A DNA stretch of 63,886 nucleotides, filler included, from Intoshia linei (GCA_001642005.1; 8 parts of 8 records of this genome joined end to end with filler, not necessarily neighbours in it); one strand, 5' to 3'. Counted from the first letter of the whole stretch, positions 1-14,580 are shown. Numbers and translations: made by a program. Notes: a model not told the origin generated them from the letters alone.

Positions 1-955
1 AATCAAACAGAAACATCCTTCACATTAGTTTAATAAAATTTAATTTGAATTAATGTTTCCGGGAGCTACGGCTCAGAATATATAAATAAATTTCATTTTT
101 TTTTGAATTAATGTTAAAACGTTTCTTAAAAATTAAATCATTTTTTTGGACATGTTTTATTTGGGGGTCCACAAGCAAAATTAAAATTATTATTATTTTA
201 TTATTTATTTTTTAAATTAGTCACGATATTTAGACAAAATCTGAAGTTTTTATTTTTCTATTTGTAAAAAAGTTACTATCATTTAATTTCATCCATAATG
301 TATTTAAATATATCACAAAAACTAAAAATTTTAAAGAATATTAAATTGAATGAAGCCTTTGAAGGATTATCAAAATGAGAATGAGAGGACTTGCAGAGCT
401 GAATAATTTTAGCATGGAAGATGTAGTAATGCTAAGGGGATTTAAAGAAAAATTGTTTAAGAAATAAATATTTTATCTCGATTTTAGTTAATTGTTTGTT
501 TTACATCAGGCTTCCGCAACTGTTTGCTATCGAACACTCTTATTTAATTTTAATTTGCCGTTTTAACATGAAAATCAAAAAATAAATCATGAGAATTGTA
601 AAAAAATTTGTTATAAAAATAAAAATGTATATTATAGAAATGTTACTTAAATCAATATTTAAAAAAATTCAAATCTAAATGTATTTTTCGCTATATAAAT
701 ATTGCTATTAGTTATTAACGATATTTTGAACACTTGATGCAACTATTTTTTTCAAAATATCGAGAATAACCTGTATTTTTAAAGTGATATTTAAAATGAC
801 AGACGCAACTCGAATATATAGCGTTAAATGTTTTTGATTGCGAATTAGTTTTTCTACTTTAAACATACACACTTTTACTGCTAATTATTATTAGTGGATT
901 AATTGTAATTTAAAAAATTTATTTTATAGATCAAGATAAATTTTAATCTCTAGAT

Positions 956-2376
956 TAGCTTCACTGTTATGTATTTCGTACAAACAGAACCTAGCTCTGT
1001 AGATGGCTGACTTTTTTAATTATACAAAAAAAACAAATTAAATAATTAAATCTTACTTAAAAATGTTACATTCATTATTAATCCTTTAAAGTTTAAACGA
1101 GTGGATCCCAAACTTGTTTCACATTACCTTTTATTTTAAAGTGAATTATTCCCACTTAATTTTATTTTGTTAACATTTGTCTAAATAATTTTAAAAACAA
1201 TTTTGGGATGCCATTTTTTAAATTTATTAAAAAATGAGTGTATAATCTGAAAAATAAAGTCAAAACAGTAAACCCTAAAAATTGTAAATACCGGTTTTTC
1301 TATGTTAATGTGATATATATTCAGTATCCGCTTTCGATAAGTAAAAATTATTTTGTATCAATAATTAAAGGGCTAATAACTTTAAAACATATTTCGGGTG
1401 AATTTTATCTACATTGTAATATAAGCGATTGTAAACTTTTTGAAAATTAAAAAATCCGAAGAAATCAATTAATGAGATATCCATCCATATCTCATTATTG
1501 AAAATGTGTAGACGTTCAATGCACATTTTTTTTGAAATTGTACTATGAATATTTACATTTACATTTACATTTTTAAAATTTAATCCAAACATTTGAAAAA
1601 TTTTCGTTGATAATATATTAAAGGTATTTTTCACCGAGAATGCGTATATGTCTGGTATTGAAAATTTGTATTTTTATCAACTGAAATAAGCTGTATCAGA
1701 ATAATCTTTTTTTAATTGTAGAACCATTAATTATTTCAAATTTTTTTTTTTACATTTTGTTAATATAATAGTTTCATAAAAAAATGAATACTAAAATGCT
1801 TTTTTGACTGTAAAGGCGTCATTTTGTCAGATTGAAATTTTATGTTTGTGTTAATTCGATATATCAGTATCAACTGTGTTTTTTTTAATTCTAGGACTAT
1901 TTAATTTTTTAAGAAAAGGGTCATTTGTGGTTTTGATGTGAAATTTACATTTTTTGATTTTGCAATTTATGATTTTAAAATCTATCCCACAATGTATGTT
2001 TATAAAATTCTAGCACTTTTTTCATTTTTAAAAAAAAAAATAATTTATGATTTTGACCCTGAAGATGTAAGACTTTGTAATTGAAATTTATCATAATGTT
2101 GATGATTTTAAATTCTTTATCAGATTGTGTAATTTTTATAATTCTAGAACTCGTTTGAATTTTTAAAAAAATAAAATGAAATTTTTCACCTTGAAGGACT
2201 CAAATAGTGAAATAACAATTATGAAATTTGCCTTAAAACATCACCCTGGACAAAACTGTACTAGAAATGGGTATTCTTAAAAGTCTAAGCCTATTACTTT
2301 CTTAAATAAATGGTAAAAAATAAATAAAAATATAAATAGACATATATTTTTAACTATATTACTTTATAAATAAGGA
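956..2376 (-). mobile_element. Non-autonomous Helitron-like repeat, diverged copy
   Basis: Starts with the family end 'ctgttatgtatttcgtacaaacagaacctagctctg' and ends 'ataaataaggat'. Colinear with the copies at 19074, 25834, 48653 and 50435. Confidence 0.7.
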
Positions 2377-2625
2377 TAACAGATACCCAAAGGAGAAAAC
2401 CAATCAAAAAATTATGCGGTTGATTTGAATGAAAAATTATTGTATTCATTAATTTATTAATAATATTTTTTTTCATACCAATTTTAAAAAAGTAAAGATT
2501 CCTTAAAATGTAAAAAATATTACCTTAAAAACTAATAAAATAAACTCTTGCAACAAATATAAAATAATGTACCGGATTGCGAACTATGGAACCGGGAAAT
2601 AACATAGATAATACTTTATAATTTC

Positions 2626-3641
2626 AAGTCACAGACTTACGCGCACTATGTATATCTAAATATAAAATATCCATCCACAAAAATAATTTAATCACGATTT
2701 AAATAAAAATAATACAACAGTTCAATTTAAATTTGAACAATTTTTATAAATAACCAAACACAAACTCTCCCAAAAAAGCTCAATTTAAAATGTAATAAAA
2801 ATAAATAAAATATCCTATAATTACCTGTCATTCGTGAATTAACAATAATTTTGGAAATATTAAATTCATGAATAGATTTGGTTTCTAAGTATTTTTTTTT
2901 GAATTTTAAGAAAGAAACATGACCTTGATTATAATTGACGTGTTTATGAAATGGATAAAAGCGATAAGATTTTAAGAAGGGTTTTCTACAATTTTGGTAA
3001 TCATTGAGTAATTTATCCTGTTGCAATTTTGGTAAAATAATTTGAGATTTGAATTTTTGACTATTTTTTAAATGCTCTGAAAAGGTATCCGAACAAATGT
3101 TTCCTAGAGATTTTGAATGTTCTTTCATTTGAACCAATGAAGATTTAAATGAAATATTTTTTTCTAGTGGAGGTTTTTTATATTTCGATTTTTCAACAAT
3201 TTTGAAATTTTGGAACTTTTTAAGTGGAGTTAATAACTTTTTTTGTTTTTTCGATAATAAATGGTTTTGATTTACAGTAGAAGATGCCAATAAAGAATCA
3301 TGGGATGAAACCATTGATTCATATGAATGTTTTCTAGAACGGTCTTCTGAACAGCTATCGACTCTTGTATCTGTAATTTTTTTTCTAGTCAAAGTAGGTG
3401 TTTTACTAATTGCTTTTGTGTTGATGGTTTTGGAATTAGCAGTTTTATCTTTCATATTAACAATATTTGAAAATTTTTTGGCTAGATCAGTGTCATGTTT
3501 AAGTAACATCATTTTATAAGGATCAACACTTTGAGAATCAAATGATATGGGATGTGAAATTTTATCACATATTAGATTTTCATTTGGCACCAGGATTTTT
3601 GTCTTTTCCTTATTTTTTCGTTTAAAAACATTGATTGGCAT
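2626..3641 (-). CDS. Uncharacterised Ser/Lys-rich protein (large first exon ~3641-2826, short terminal exon uncertain)
   Basis: Long ORF in very AT-rich DNA. Donor ACAG|GTAA at 2826/2825 and acceptor TTTAG at ~2656 would add DIHSARKSVT*. No domain recognised. Confidence 0.5.
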
Positions 3642-4399
3642 ATCACAGGTTCAATTACATAACTAGGCGAAAAAATTGTATATATAAACCATTTTAACGA
3701 ACAAATCGTTTCACTGTGTAAATAAAATTAAATCAATATTCAACTGTAAAATAAATATGATTTTAAATTATTCGTTAGTTATAGAATTAATTTTATCTAA
3801 TTAAACCCAGTTTATCATGTTATTAAAATTATTTTGCATTTTCAATTTTATTACAAATGTACATTTTTAAATCAAAGTGTATGTTGCTTTAAAATTTAAA
3901 GCAATAAGTTGTTTTTTTATGAAAAGTACAGAAATATTATTTTAAAAATATAAAAATTACTTTAGTACAGTTTAACTTGCAAGGTTTCATTTCAATGTTT
4001 TTTACATTCTAATTTAACTTTATTAAGTATCAATATTAGCTGCCAAAATAAATTTGTTTTTAGGTAACAATAAATTTAAGTTTAATATCGATGGACAAAA
4101 TATTAGATGGATTGTGTATCAGATGACATAGAGCCGAACGTACCAAGCTCGATGATATCAGAAAATGAAAAATAGTCCCTAAAATAGGAAACGATGTATA
4201 GTATCATAGCCATGGCCACATCCAAGGATCTTCAATTGAAATTATAAATGTAACACAAAATAGTTGTGATATTCAAGAAAATAATTTGATAATGCTCAAT
4301 TTTGAAAAATGAAAATCCCCGAAAAGGGGTCTCAGTATAGTAGACGGGACTGAGATGAATTTATGAGTGAAAATTGAAAAGTAGTTTTATTTTCAAAAT

Positions 4400-4735
4400 T
4401 TAGTGCAAGTCTACGTGGTCATATAAATGATCACATTTATCATTATGAACGATTATTTTTGAAGAATTTAAACAATTTTTTAAATTTGGTAATTTTTGGT
4501 TCTTCCTAGAATGCAAAATTGTACAATTATGATTATTTTTCGATTTTTCAATTGTATCATTGCATATTAAGTTGATTTGGTTTAATTTATTGAACGATTT
4601 GGTTGAGATGCTGTTAAACTCCCTTTTTAATTGGTTTTTTGCTTGTAAAGAATATGTACTAAAATTATGTACACCCGAGTTGTAATTTTTTAATCTTGAG
4701 TCCTTATCTTCTGTAATTGTTTGTCTAAATTTCAA
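4400..4735 (-). CDS. Possible exon of an uncharacterised protein
   Basis: 111-codon open frame with protein-like composition. No ATG start and no recognisable domain. Confidence 0.25.
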   Translation of the reverse strand: MKFRQTITEDKDSRLKNYNSGVHNFSTYSLQAKNQLKREFNSISTKSFNKLNQINLICNDTIEKSKNNHNCTILHSRKNQKLPNLKNCLNSSKIIVHNDKCDHLYDHVDLH

Positions 4736-5784
4736 ATATAGAATTTTTTAAATTGTTTACAATAAGTATATTGTTTAAGTAGTGGTTTCCGATCGGAGTG
4801 TCTGGAGTCCAGACTCTGGACCTTTCGGTTTCTGTGAGATTCAAATAAAATATAAAAAAAAATTTATTTTATTTTATATTTTTTTTAATTAATTTTTTTA
4901 TTTTTTATTTCAAAAATTCTACTTTTACGCCACCATTTATAAAATTTGATAAAAAATACCATTTACAAACCCTCAGTGAAAATCTGCTTAATCAAACCGC
5001 AATATAAAAAATTCAATTTTACCAAATCTTATGAGTAACAATTTCTGAACCCAAAATAAAAAATCCAATTTTACCACCTCTTAAGTCAATAATCCCCTTT
5101 TTCTAATATTTTTTATAAAAAAACACGATTTTACCAATCCTCAAGGTAAATATCCTTTTTTTTTCAATATTTTTTTTATAAATTCGATTTTACCAAATCT
5201 TATCAGTCTCAATTTCAGAATGCAATACAAAAAATCCAATTTTACCAACCCTTAAGTGAAAAATCTCCTTTTTCTAAAAATTTTTTTAAAAACTCGATTT
5301 TACCACCCATTTAAGTGAAAATCCCCTTTTTTTAATATTTTTTTTAAAAACACAATTTTACCGGATCGAGCATGATCATTTTTTCTCTGGTTTCACTATT
5401 AGATAATATTACATTTATACTTGAATTTAATTAACTCCATTAAATTTTCTAATTTTGATATAATTTTAAACGGAAAATTTTTTCATACAAATTAAATCAA
5501 ACGAATTGTTCAAATCTTTTGCCATCATTATTTTTTTACGAAATAGTATTTTTTAATTATTGTTTAAATATGCAGTATACTGTAGTATCTGGAAAAATGA
5601 AGACACGACGTTTCATTTAGTGAATACTGAATTATTAAGATTTTTTAATTAATTTTTATTTATTTGATTTGATAATTTTTGACTGGTTAATTACGCTATG
5701 TAAACCTACATTAAACCTTATACCTATAGTATGTAATTTATATCTGTTACCATTTAGTAAAATGATTTATTTGGTATTTACAAT

Positions 5785-8700
5785 TTAGTAGTAAATAATT
5801 TTAATTAAAAAATTTTTGAACCTTTTATAGCAAAATATTCCCACGACCAAAATGGAAATTGACATAAATATAGATATTCCAATTATTAAATAAATTGAAT
5901 AATCTAAAATTGTAAAATAATTCAATTCTATATAAGTATATAAAATAAGTATTAAAAATAAATACAATATTTAAATTACACTGATAGATGTTTTCAGAAT
6001 TCAGAGAAGTGGATACGTAAATATTTCCATCTACATTTGATATGTTTAAATTGTAAATATATAAAGCAATATACAAATAAATATTAAAAAGGTTGGGTGG
6101 CTTTTTTAAATTATGTAGGGTGGTGCGAAAAACGTTTACCATTGGATTATGATATGCATAAATAAAGTCAAAATTGATTGATATCGAGTTTTTAAATATA
6201 ATAGTAATATTACCCTTGAGTTTGTTAAAAGATTTTACATTTTTTGGTATGGTGCACAAAATTGCTAAAAATATAATGTATTGTACATAAATTATATAGT
6301 TTAGAACCTGCTACCGTCCGTTTAAATTTTAATTTAAAATATGTAATTTTGATTTTGACTTATTTATAGACTTATATAAATTTAATTTTAATGTATTAAA
6401 CCTAAAAAAATAAAATCCTACTAAAATAATCCACGTCTATCAACCATAAAATAAAAAATAAATAAAGAAAAGAATCGTCTCGTCGAATTTAGTTAAAATT
6501 TCGTTTGTAAAAATTAAATTTTAGCATAATATTGGCTAAAATTTATTTTTTTTTCTTGGGATTGATAAAGCTGGTTTAGAAAAATATAATTAATTGCTAC
6601 TCTGAAATAATTTAATTTATAAAGTCAAACTAATTTTTTAAATTTGCTGTATAATTAATAAACCAGCAATGCTGCTAACACCTGTTATTATAATAGATTT
6701 ATAAACCCTAAAAAATGATTATGTGAATTTTTAAATAAATAATAAATCCAAACCTTCATATTTTAATATATAAACGGCATTTTTGGAGAAAGAATTTTGA
6801 AACAAATCCTGATTGAATATTATTGATATTTGTGAACTAGAAGAGGTAAAAGATTTATTTTCAATGTTTTTTTTATGACAAACATATAAAGGATAATCAT
6901 TATCAGATTCAGAAATTTTGAAATACTCCATACATATATTATGTTTGTTTTTTGAAAATGTTATTAAATCTACTTTTATGCGGTATAGTAGTTTGGGGTA
7001 TACATTTTTTATGAATAAATCTAGTTTGCAATTTTCTGTTTTTTGGATTTCCAATTGTTTGCTACTCATTATTTCTTTTTCAAAGGGATTAAGGGAAATT
7101 TTTGTATTGCAGTTTACTTTTTTTACTATAAAATGTATGTAATTAAAATGATTTAATAAATTAAATTAAAATGTGTTTTTAACTTTTGTGCATACAATTT
7201 TGATTATTATAAAAGTAACACATTATTTTATTGAAAATGTAATTCATAATTCGTCCGCGAAAAAGTACACAATTAGTTTTTACTTGTACATTGTACAAAT
7301 TATATAAAGTAAAACTTGTTAAAAATTAATAATGTTTGTGTAACCAATTATTGAGAAAACTGACACCCCAGAAATTTGATTAAAAAAATTCTAAGTCGGT
7401 TTTTTCGGTGCAGAAAGTAAGATAAATTCAAAAACTGATACATTCACGCAGTGCTGAACCTACTGTACCCGGTATGCTCTTTTGTGGTCTTGAAAAAAAA
7501 TTTTGTAAAATGGTGGCCTTATTTTTTTAAATTGAGCATTAAAAAAATATTATTCTTGAATATCAACTGTTTTGTGTGTTAAATTTAAAATATCAAGTCA
7601 AGAACATTACAGAAGTCGTTAGGAGTACATGACACTATGCATAGTTTATAAAAAAAATTTTAGGGTCCTTTTTTTATTTTCAAAGTTGTCTTGAGCTGGG
7701 TAGTTTCGACTTTGCTTTCACGACCAAATCCCTTAAATGAGTAGTTGGAGATGAAAATGTCTTACCTATTCAAATTATTACAGGATTTTTCGAAATTTGA
7801 AGTATTAAAAAACGCCTCATAGTATGGTACAGGGGTGGAAACTGTGGCCTTATGAACAATTTAAAATTTATTATATTCAATTTTTAATTTTTATGATATT
7901 TATATTATTAATTATTTTTTTAATTATAGTTAAACATAATCAACAAATTATTAATGCATGTAGTTTGTAAAATAAAATCCTTTACTAATACATTTATATG
8001 TATAAAATTGAATGTGTGTGTCACCGTTTATTTAAAAAAATAACAGCCTTAGAATACTAAAAACCTAGAATTCTAATATTGTTTTTCAAGATAAATGTTT
8101 TCATGTAAGTTTCATTTTCAGAAAATCAGTCCTTAATAGTCAAAAACCCCATGTTTTTTTTTATAAATAAAATCATCCCTAGAATTTAAAAAACCCTAGC
8201 ATTCCCATACCGTTTTTGGAGATTAATTTTTTCTTGCAAGTTTCATTTTCAAAAATTGAGTCTTTAATGTCAAAAACCCAATTTCCCCTTTTTTTAAAAA
8301 TAAAATAATCCCTAGAATCCAAAACAGTGGTTTCCGATTTGTTAATTAGGGATCACTGGACCCCTTTGGTCTAAAATTAAATTTCTGGGGTTTGTGAGAT
8401 TAAATTTAAATAAAATATTAACAAATATTTTTAACTTTTGCTAATTGATATTGGAGAATTTTTAATATTTATTACAGATTTGTCAGATGTTGGGAATTTA
8501 TGCTTAAACCGAGACGACAGATACATTATAATTTCAAAAATCCCTCTTTTATCCCATTATTAATAAAATGTAATAAAAAATACCATTTCAAACCCTCTGG
8601 GAAAAATTGACTTTTACCGATATTTTTTTTAAAAATCTTATTATTATTTATTTTATTACACGAATATTCATGAAATTTTACCTTTAACGCACACATAATA

Positions 8701-9228
8701 GACTTCTAAATATGATTTTAAATCTTTTAGGCAATCAATCGAAAATTTTGGATCTGGTATTTGACTGATGAATAAGTTGGATTTTTTTTGTTGGACAAAT
8801 AGACCTTCAATGTTTTCAATCGAACAATTAAATCTGGCACTACATATTTTTGAAATTTCCTTTGTAACATTCCTGTAGCATCCAATATACCCGAGATTAT
8901 ATCGGATACATCGATTAGTTTCCATTCTACCATACTTGGCTTGCTTTATGTACACAAATTGCAAGTTATTTTCACTACGATTGTCGCAATTTATGTTTAA
9001 AGGTTCATCCGAACAAAATATGGCGTGATTTTCTAAATTACAAATGTATACAATTTTTATGAAATTTATCAATTAACATTTATTTATCTATTAACAAAAT
9101 GACATTTTAAATCTCTCGATATTACCTTTAATATCTTTGGGGAATTCTTCATTATGCAAATACTTTTCATGTGAAAACTCAAAAGATGACGTCAATATCA
9201 GAATAAAATGGAAGTTAAAGAAAATCAT
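5785..9228 (-). CDS. Type-I membrane protein with SUEL-type (galactose/rhamnose-binding) lectin domain, CUB-like region and C-terminal TM helix
   Basis: Exon 9228-9126 encodes a signal peptide (MIFFNFHFILILTSSFEF). Phase-1 splice to 9032-8682 (FC..EPLNINC...AKYGRMETNRC..GC..SKICSARFNC..C..KSYLEVYYVC, SUEL pattern), then phase-1 splice to 7125-6754. TM-like segment YLIIGISIFMSISILVVGIFCYKR at ~5900-5820. Middle exons are uncertain. Confidence 0.65.
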
Positions 9229-10244
9229 GGGAAAGTATGTTTAAGATTTAATTTAAGGTTTATATTATGAATAGTTTAAAATTTGTATAAATAATTTTCA
9301 AGGTGCGTGTTCCAATATATGCAATTATTTTGTCAATATTATTATAAGAAATGATTCATTTGGCCTAATTGAAGTGAGTGCATCGTAAACTATCTAAATC
9401 TATTATATCATTACTGCATTTTGAATTTTTAATGATACGTTTTCATATTAACATAAATATTAACATTACTACTTGCAATTACTTACAGTTACTGTTAATT
9501 GTAATGAATTTTATATATTCACTTTGATATGCTGTGATAAGATTTAAATTGTAATAGCATTAGTAAAGATTTTTGATGTGTAGGAGGGACTAACATTAAA
9601 TCATTATTGTAGGATTATGTCACACGCGAAACATGTTAATGTCAGACCAAAGTAAGCCTAATTTTAAGAGTTAATTTAGTTATCCATTTTAAAAATAAAC
9701 TTTTATAATTATAGAAATTGACGCAAAATTTGAGAACTAAAACATAAAGACTTCTTCGAATGACAGTTATTGATTAAATTAAATAATAACGATTTAATAT
9801 TCAAATGTGATGAAATGACACAATATATTAGTTAAAATGAAAAATGTTTTAAAGAATTTCCAAAGCCTACATTATTATGTAGTAAAAAATGTATAAATGC
9901 TAAATTAACACTTTTCAGATTGTGTCACGTCATTCACACATCAAACATGATTGATAAGAAAACATTCGCTCTACAAAGCACATGGGAAATTTTTTAATCG
10001 ATAAATCCAGAATACACTCAGTAAAGAAGATTAACACATTGTTTTATTAATTTTATTTGTGTTGATCCCCAATTTTGTTTAAATTTGTACTAATAATTTA
10101 GTAATAATGGGTCATATTTAATTAAGATAGTAGTAACAATTGAAATAAATTTTTCAACTAAATTGGAAATAATTAGGTTATTGGACTTAATAAATGAATC
10201 TTTGCACAGATTTTGATACGGAATCATAAATTTTAATTTTGATC

Positions 10245-12523
10245 ATGTCAAAAAATTTAAAAAATGACAAAGTAAATGAGATTTACAATTTTTATCCGGT
10301 AACTTTCAAAAGGCTCATGAATAATATTGAAAATAAACAACAATATCCTTCAATTAATTATACACGTACTCTAAAAGAAACACCTCGAACGTATTTAAAG
10401 TATAAAAATAAAGACACGAAACCACACATTTCTGATGAGACTATTGATACTACTTGGAGAAATGAAATTAAAAAAGATAATAAACGAAATTTAATCACCC
10501 AAAAATATAAAAATTATCGACAAATTTATTTTTATGGATCAGACACGGAAAGAGCTGATTACAAGTATGTTTCAATTTGGTTTTACACATACATGTATTA
10601 GTTAATGAATAAGATTCATTTGACATAAATACATCAAGTATTCGTAGTCTATGACATTAGTCTAATGTTAGACTATTAATTATAATTAGACCCTTATTAA
10701 CCAACAAAATATTCATCCAGAATTTCTTCAACATTTTCAAGTATATTTTATTATATCACAGACCATTACTTTAAAAAAATAAGTAACGGAATTTTCTGCC
10801 GTGTGGGTCGAGAGACAATAGCTAAACAAACTAAAAATTAAATTTTTGTGTATAAACAATGAATATCAAAATGATTTTGACTGTGAAGAAGTCACTTTAT
10901 CAGATTGAAATTTTTTGTGTGTGTTAACTGGATATAACTGTATCAGCTGTATTTTTTTTTAAATTCTAGGATTATTTTTATTTTTGAAAAAAAGGGTAAT
11001 CTGGGTTTTGATTATGAAAGTTTAATTGTTTGGTTTAGCGATTTATGGTAATTGGTATGATTTTTAAATCTATTATACACCTTATGTTGTATAAATTTCT
11101 AGGACTTTTTCATTTAAAAAAAAAGGGTAATTTTGGGTTTGGCCGTGAAGGTGTCAAATTTTGAAATTTATCATAATGTTGATCAGATTTGTATTGATCT
11201 TTATCAGATTATGTATTTTTTATAATTCTAGGACTAGTTTTATTTAAAGAAAAAGGATAATTGGGGTTTTGACCTTGAAGGACTCGATTTTTGAAAATGA
11301 AATTTGCGATAAAACATCACCCTCGAAAAAATGTTATAGAATTATGGAATTTTTAATCTCGAATCCACTCTACTCTTCAATTTTCAAAATTGATTTTTGA
11401 CCATCATAAATATTTTATGATTTTAAAATGCAAGTACAGAGCCGGATGGTACGATTCGACTGTATGATACTACGTTTGCTTCAATTTATAGGAATATTTT
11501 TTATTTTCGATTGGGCCTTGAGTATGTTAGGATGGCTCTGATCTATAGTACACTTTTTTACTATTACAGTAAATCAAAAATCTTTGCAATCTCACAAATT
11601 GGCCTCTTTGTTTTTTACTAATATTAAATCTTTGGTCAATTGAGTAATTTAGATTTTTTTAGGGTTCGCGGAGTTTTAATTTTATGATTTGTAGTAATGG
11701 AATTGATTGTATCTAAAATAGGGCACACAACCGAGCAGTTTTAAAACAACAAATAAAAGATAAGGAAGAATACAAACAAGAATTATTCAGACAAAAAAGT
11801 ATGGAATTTAGTAATCACGCAACATATGATAAAGGATATAGTAAAATATTAAAAAAAGAAGAAAATACTAAAAAAGAATATTTGAAAAGTTTTAGTTGTG
11901 CAAATAAAATGGTAATTCTCGATTTACCAAAATATCATGTATAAATTGGTTATTTTGATAAACATTTAGTCACCGACTCATTTAAACATTCACAATGGTG
12001 TTTGAAATGAATTATATTCAATTTTCACATTATAATACGAAATAAAGGGGTCGTAGTTTCGTCGTGCACCCTAAACAATAAATAATTTGTAAATTTATCA
12101 AGTTTTACATACCAGATAATAAAAATAAAATATTTCGTTATTCCCATGTTCTCAATCAGTGCCGAATCTACCGTATACAAGATCCCTCTTATGAGGGATC
12201 AATATAATTTTTTTAGAATGGGTCTCATTTTTCCAAATTCATTAATGAAAATTATATTTAACTGCGGTTCCCACTCATTTTGTCTACCGTCCTTTTTTAA
12301 CAATATTTTTTCAACGCCTTCTTAAAAAAAATTTCGACTACGTCGTATATGTATTAAAAATACAGTAAATACGCTATACTCAATAATTAACTAAATTAAT
12401 TATAAATTTTAGTTAATGGAAATGAACTGGAAAAGAAAGGCTGAAGAACGTAAAAGAGAAATTACATTTTCTTTGGATCAATTAAAATACAATCCAATTA
12501 ATTGGAACAACTCTTTGAAATAA
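10245..12523 (+). CDS. Uncharacterised coiled-coil protein, 3 exons (10245-10564, 11722-11911, 12413-12523)
   Basis: GT-AG junctions with matching phases (AA|G; ATG|TTA) give one open frame ending ...LMEMNWKRKAEERKREITFSLDQLKYNPINWNNSLK*. Confidence 0.7.
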
Positions 12524-12585
12524 ACTTTTATTTACATAAATACAAAGAATATTAATTGTACAAATTATTCTGATAAATATTTGGA

Positions 12586-14042
12586 CTATCCGAGACTAGA
12601 AAATATTTCCAAGTGTGTCATGGTCCTTTTCAAAGCATCCTGGTTCGAACACTTCATATGTGCAGCTAGTTCCTAAATAATTTTTAAAAAAACATTAAAC
12701 ATTTAATTACTAGTCGATATACGTAATCATGGTGGGAGTTTAATATATTCAAGAATAGCGTAGGCTAAATAAAATTTAAACCAATAAAATAAAAATATAC
12801 ATTTTTGTCATATATAAATTTCGTACCACCAAGAATATCTTTGAAAATCTAAAAAAATATTATCAAATTACAGTGCTAACCCAGGGTTTCTTAACCTTTT
12901 TTAAATTTAGCACCCATGTAAAAAATATAAAAAATGATACCTTAGAATTCAACGTAAAAATCGAATTTTTAATATTTTTAAAAACCACCCTATAAATATC
13001 GAACATGATAAAAATGAACATAGAAACTGTATTTCATAAGATGAAAATTTAAATAAGCCACTTATTTGATCGATAAAGTAAAAAATAAAATATATTCTAA
13101 TCTGAAAGTATAAAATAGTTAATACAAAATTGAAAAAATAAAAATAGTTTCTCAATCCGCCCTGCATTTAATTTATACCTTATTTTAAAGTAATTTATAT
13201 ATTTTATAATTATAGAGTGCTAGCACTCTCGGTTAAGAAACTCTGTACTAAAATATCCATACAATGTAATCATCAGGGAAATCAAAATTAAAAAGAATTT
13301 CTGTTAGCATTATTTTGTATGATAAGTCAACTGATAGTTCAACAACAATAGTTGTTAAATCTTGATCTAAAAGGCAATAATAAATATTGATTAAATGTAT
13401 ATAAACCATAGACTATAGATGAGATTGTTTTGATTAAAGTAATTGACATTTTGTAGACTTGAGTATCATTGCTTTCCAAAGTCAATTTTGAAATCATTTC
13501 GCAAAATGTCGTTAAAGATTCAGCTAAAATGTGAATTCAATAGATTCAAAATTAAATTACCGTCATTAACATATAAATCTCCCATGTTGTAATTGAAAAT
13601 GTTGTTTAAAGTAATAAAATAATTTTTGGTAGTGTCTTTTATTTGACACATCATGTCAAAGTCATTAAAAAAAGTTTTTTTACTATTTTCCAAATAAATA
13701 TACGAAGATTTCAGTACAACGGGAATAGTGTCTTTTAGAAATACACTCGCTTCAGATTTGTGTTTGTAAAGAATTTGATTTATTATAGAAAGAGAACCAC
13801 TAATTGTCTCTGGAACCGGATTTTTGAACAAAATTTCCAATACTGTTGGAAGAACGTCTATAAAAGCTTCGTCCATATTAGTCAGAAGGATTCTAGTGCA
13901 TCGAATAAACACTACTTTTATATCATCAATTTCTGAATATTTTTTTATTATATTCAATTGCACTTTGTAAATTTCCTGGAACAATGATTTTAAATCACAA
14001 TCTTCCATGCTAATAGTTTTGTTGAAACCTTTAGCACAAGAA
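12586..14042 (-). CDS. XPOT: Exportin-T (tRNA exportin), 3' exons only
   Basis: SCAKGFNKTISMEDC...RILLTNMDEAFIDVLP...SIINQILYKHK...YFITL matches by eye the C-terminal HEAT region of metazoan XPOT. Further short exons lead to a stop at 12586. The 5' exons are not present before the spacer. Confidence 0.7.
12882..13245. mobile_element. hAT (Buster-type) MITE in an XPOT intron
   Basis: TIRs CAGGGTTTCTTAACC / GGTTAAGAAACTCTG, degenerate nnnTAnnn flanks. Related copy at 35991-36396. Confidence 0.7.
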
Positions 14043-14103
14043 CTAAATATGTATTAAACGATTGAAATTTAATAATAAAAACAATATATTTTAACCCTTT
14101 ATA

Positions 14104-14580
14104 ACAGGGGTTGGAAACCAGTGCCCACCGAATAATTTTGGTACCCTTTGAGTAAATATGTAAAATATTTATTTTTAAATTTTCAACTTTAAAACATCGT
14201 TTTAAACATTTTCTACTATAATATCAAACTATTATAAAATGCTCCCTGAATATTAAAGTTGAAATTGATCGAATTACAAGCTAATAATGCCTTACAATCT
14301 CAGTTCAATAATATCCCTATTCTGAATTTTTACATTTATGTGTAACTAAAGATACATTTTCTCATCTTCGAAATCATGGATTAAAAATTGCGTCACTATT
14401 TGGCACAACATATCGTTGTGAACAATTATTCTCAAATTAAACAATGCAAAAACCAAAATGAGGTCAAGAATCAATGATAAAAACTTAGAAAATCAATTAC
14501 GTGTGGCAACATCTTTACTACCATATAATATAACTTCACTGTCTAAAAAGAAGCAGAATCACCCTTTTTCATCATCATTG
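14104..14580 (+). mobile_element. hAT transposase remnant (GTF2IRD2/Buster-like C-terminal dimerisation region)
   Basis: CAGGGGTTGGAAAC end, plus frameshifted ELIELQAN...LKIASLFGTTYRCEQLFS...RSRINDKNLENQLRVATS. Confidence 0.7.

Noticed and set aside
340-470. Purine-rich exon-like segment near the window start
   Set aside because: Frames are under 35 codons and no consistent splice model or homology was found.
1238-1634. ORFs 1238-1450, 1365-1634, 45494-45721 and 56375-56674
   Set aside because: Chance frames within or overlapping Helitron-like repeat copies.
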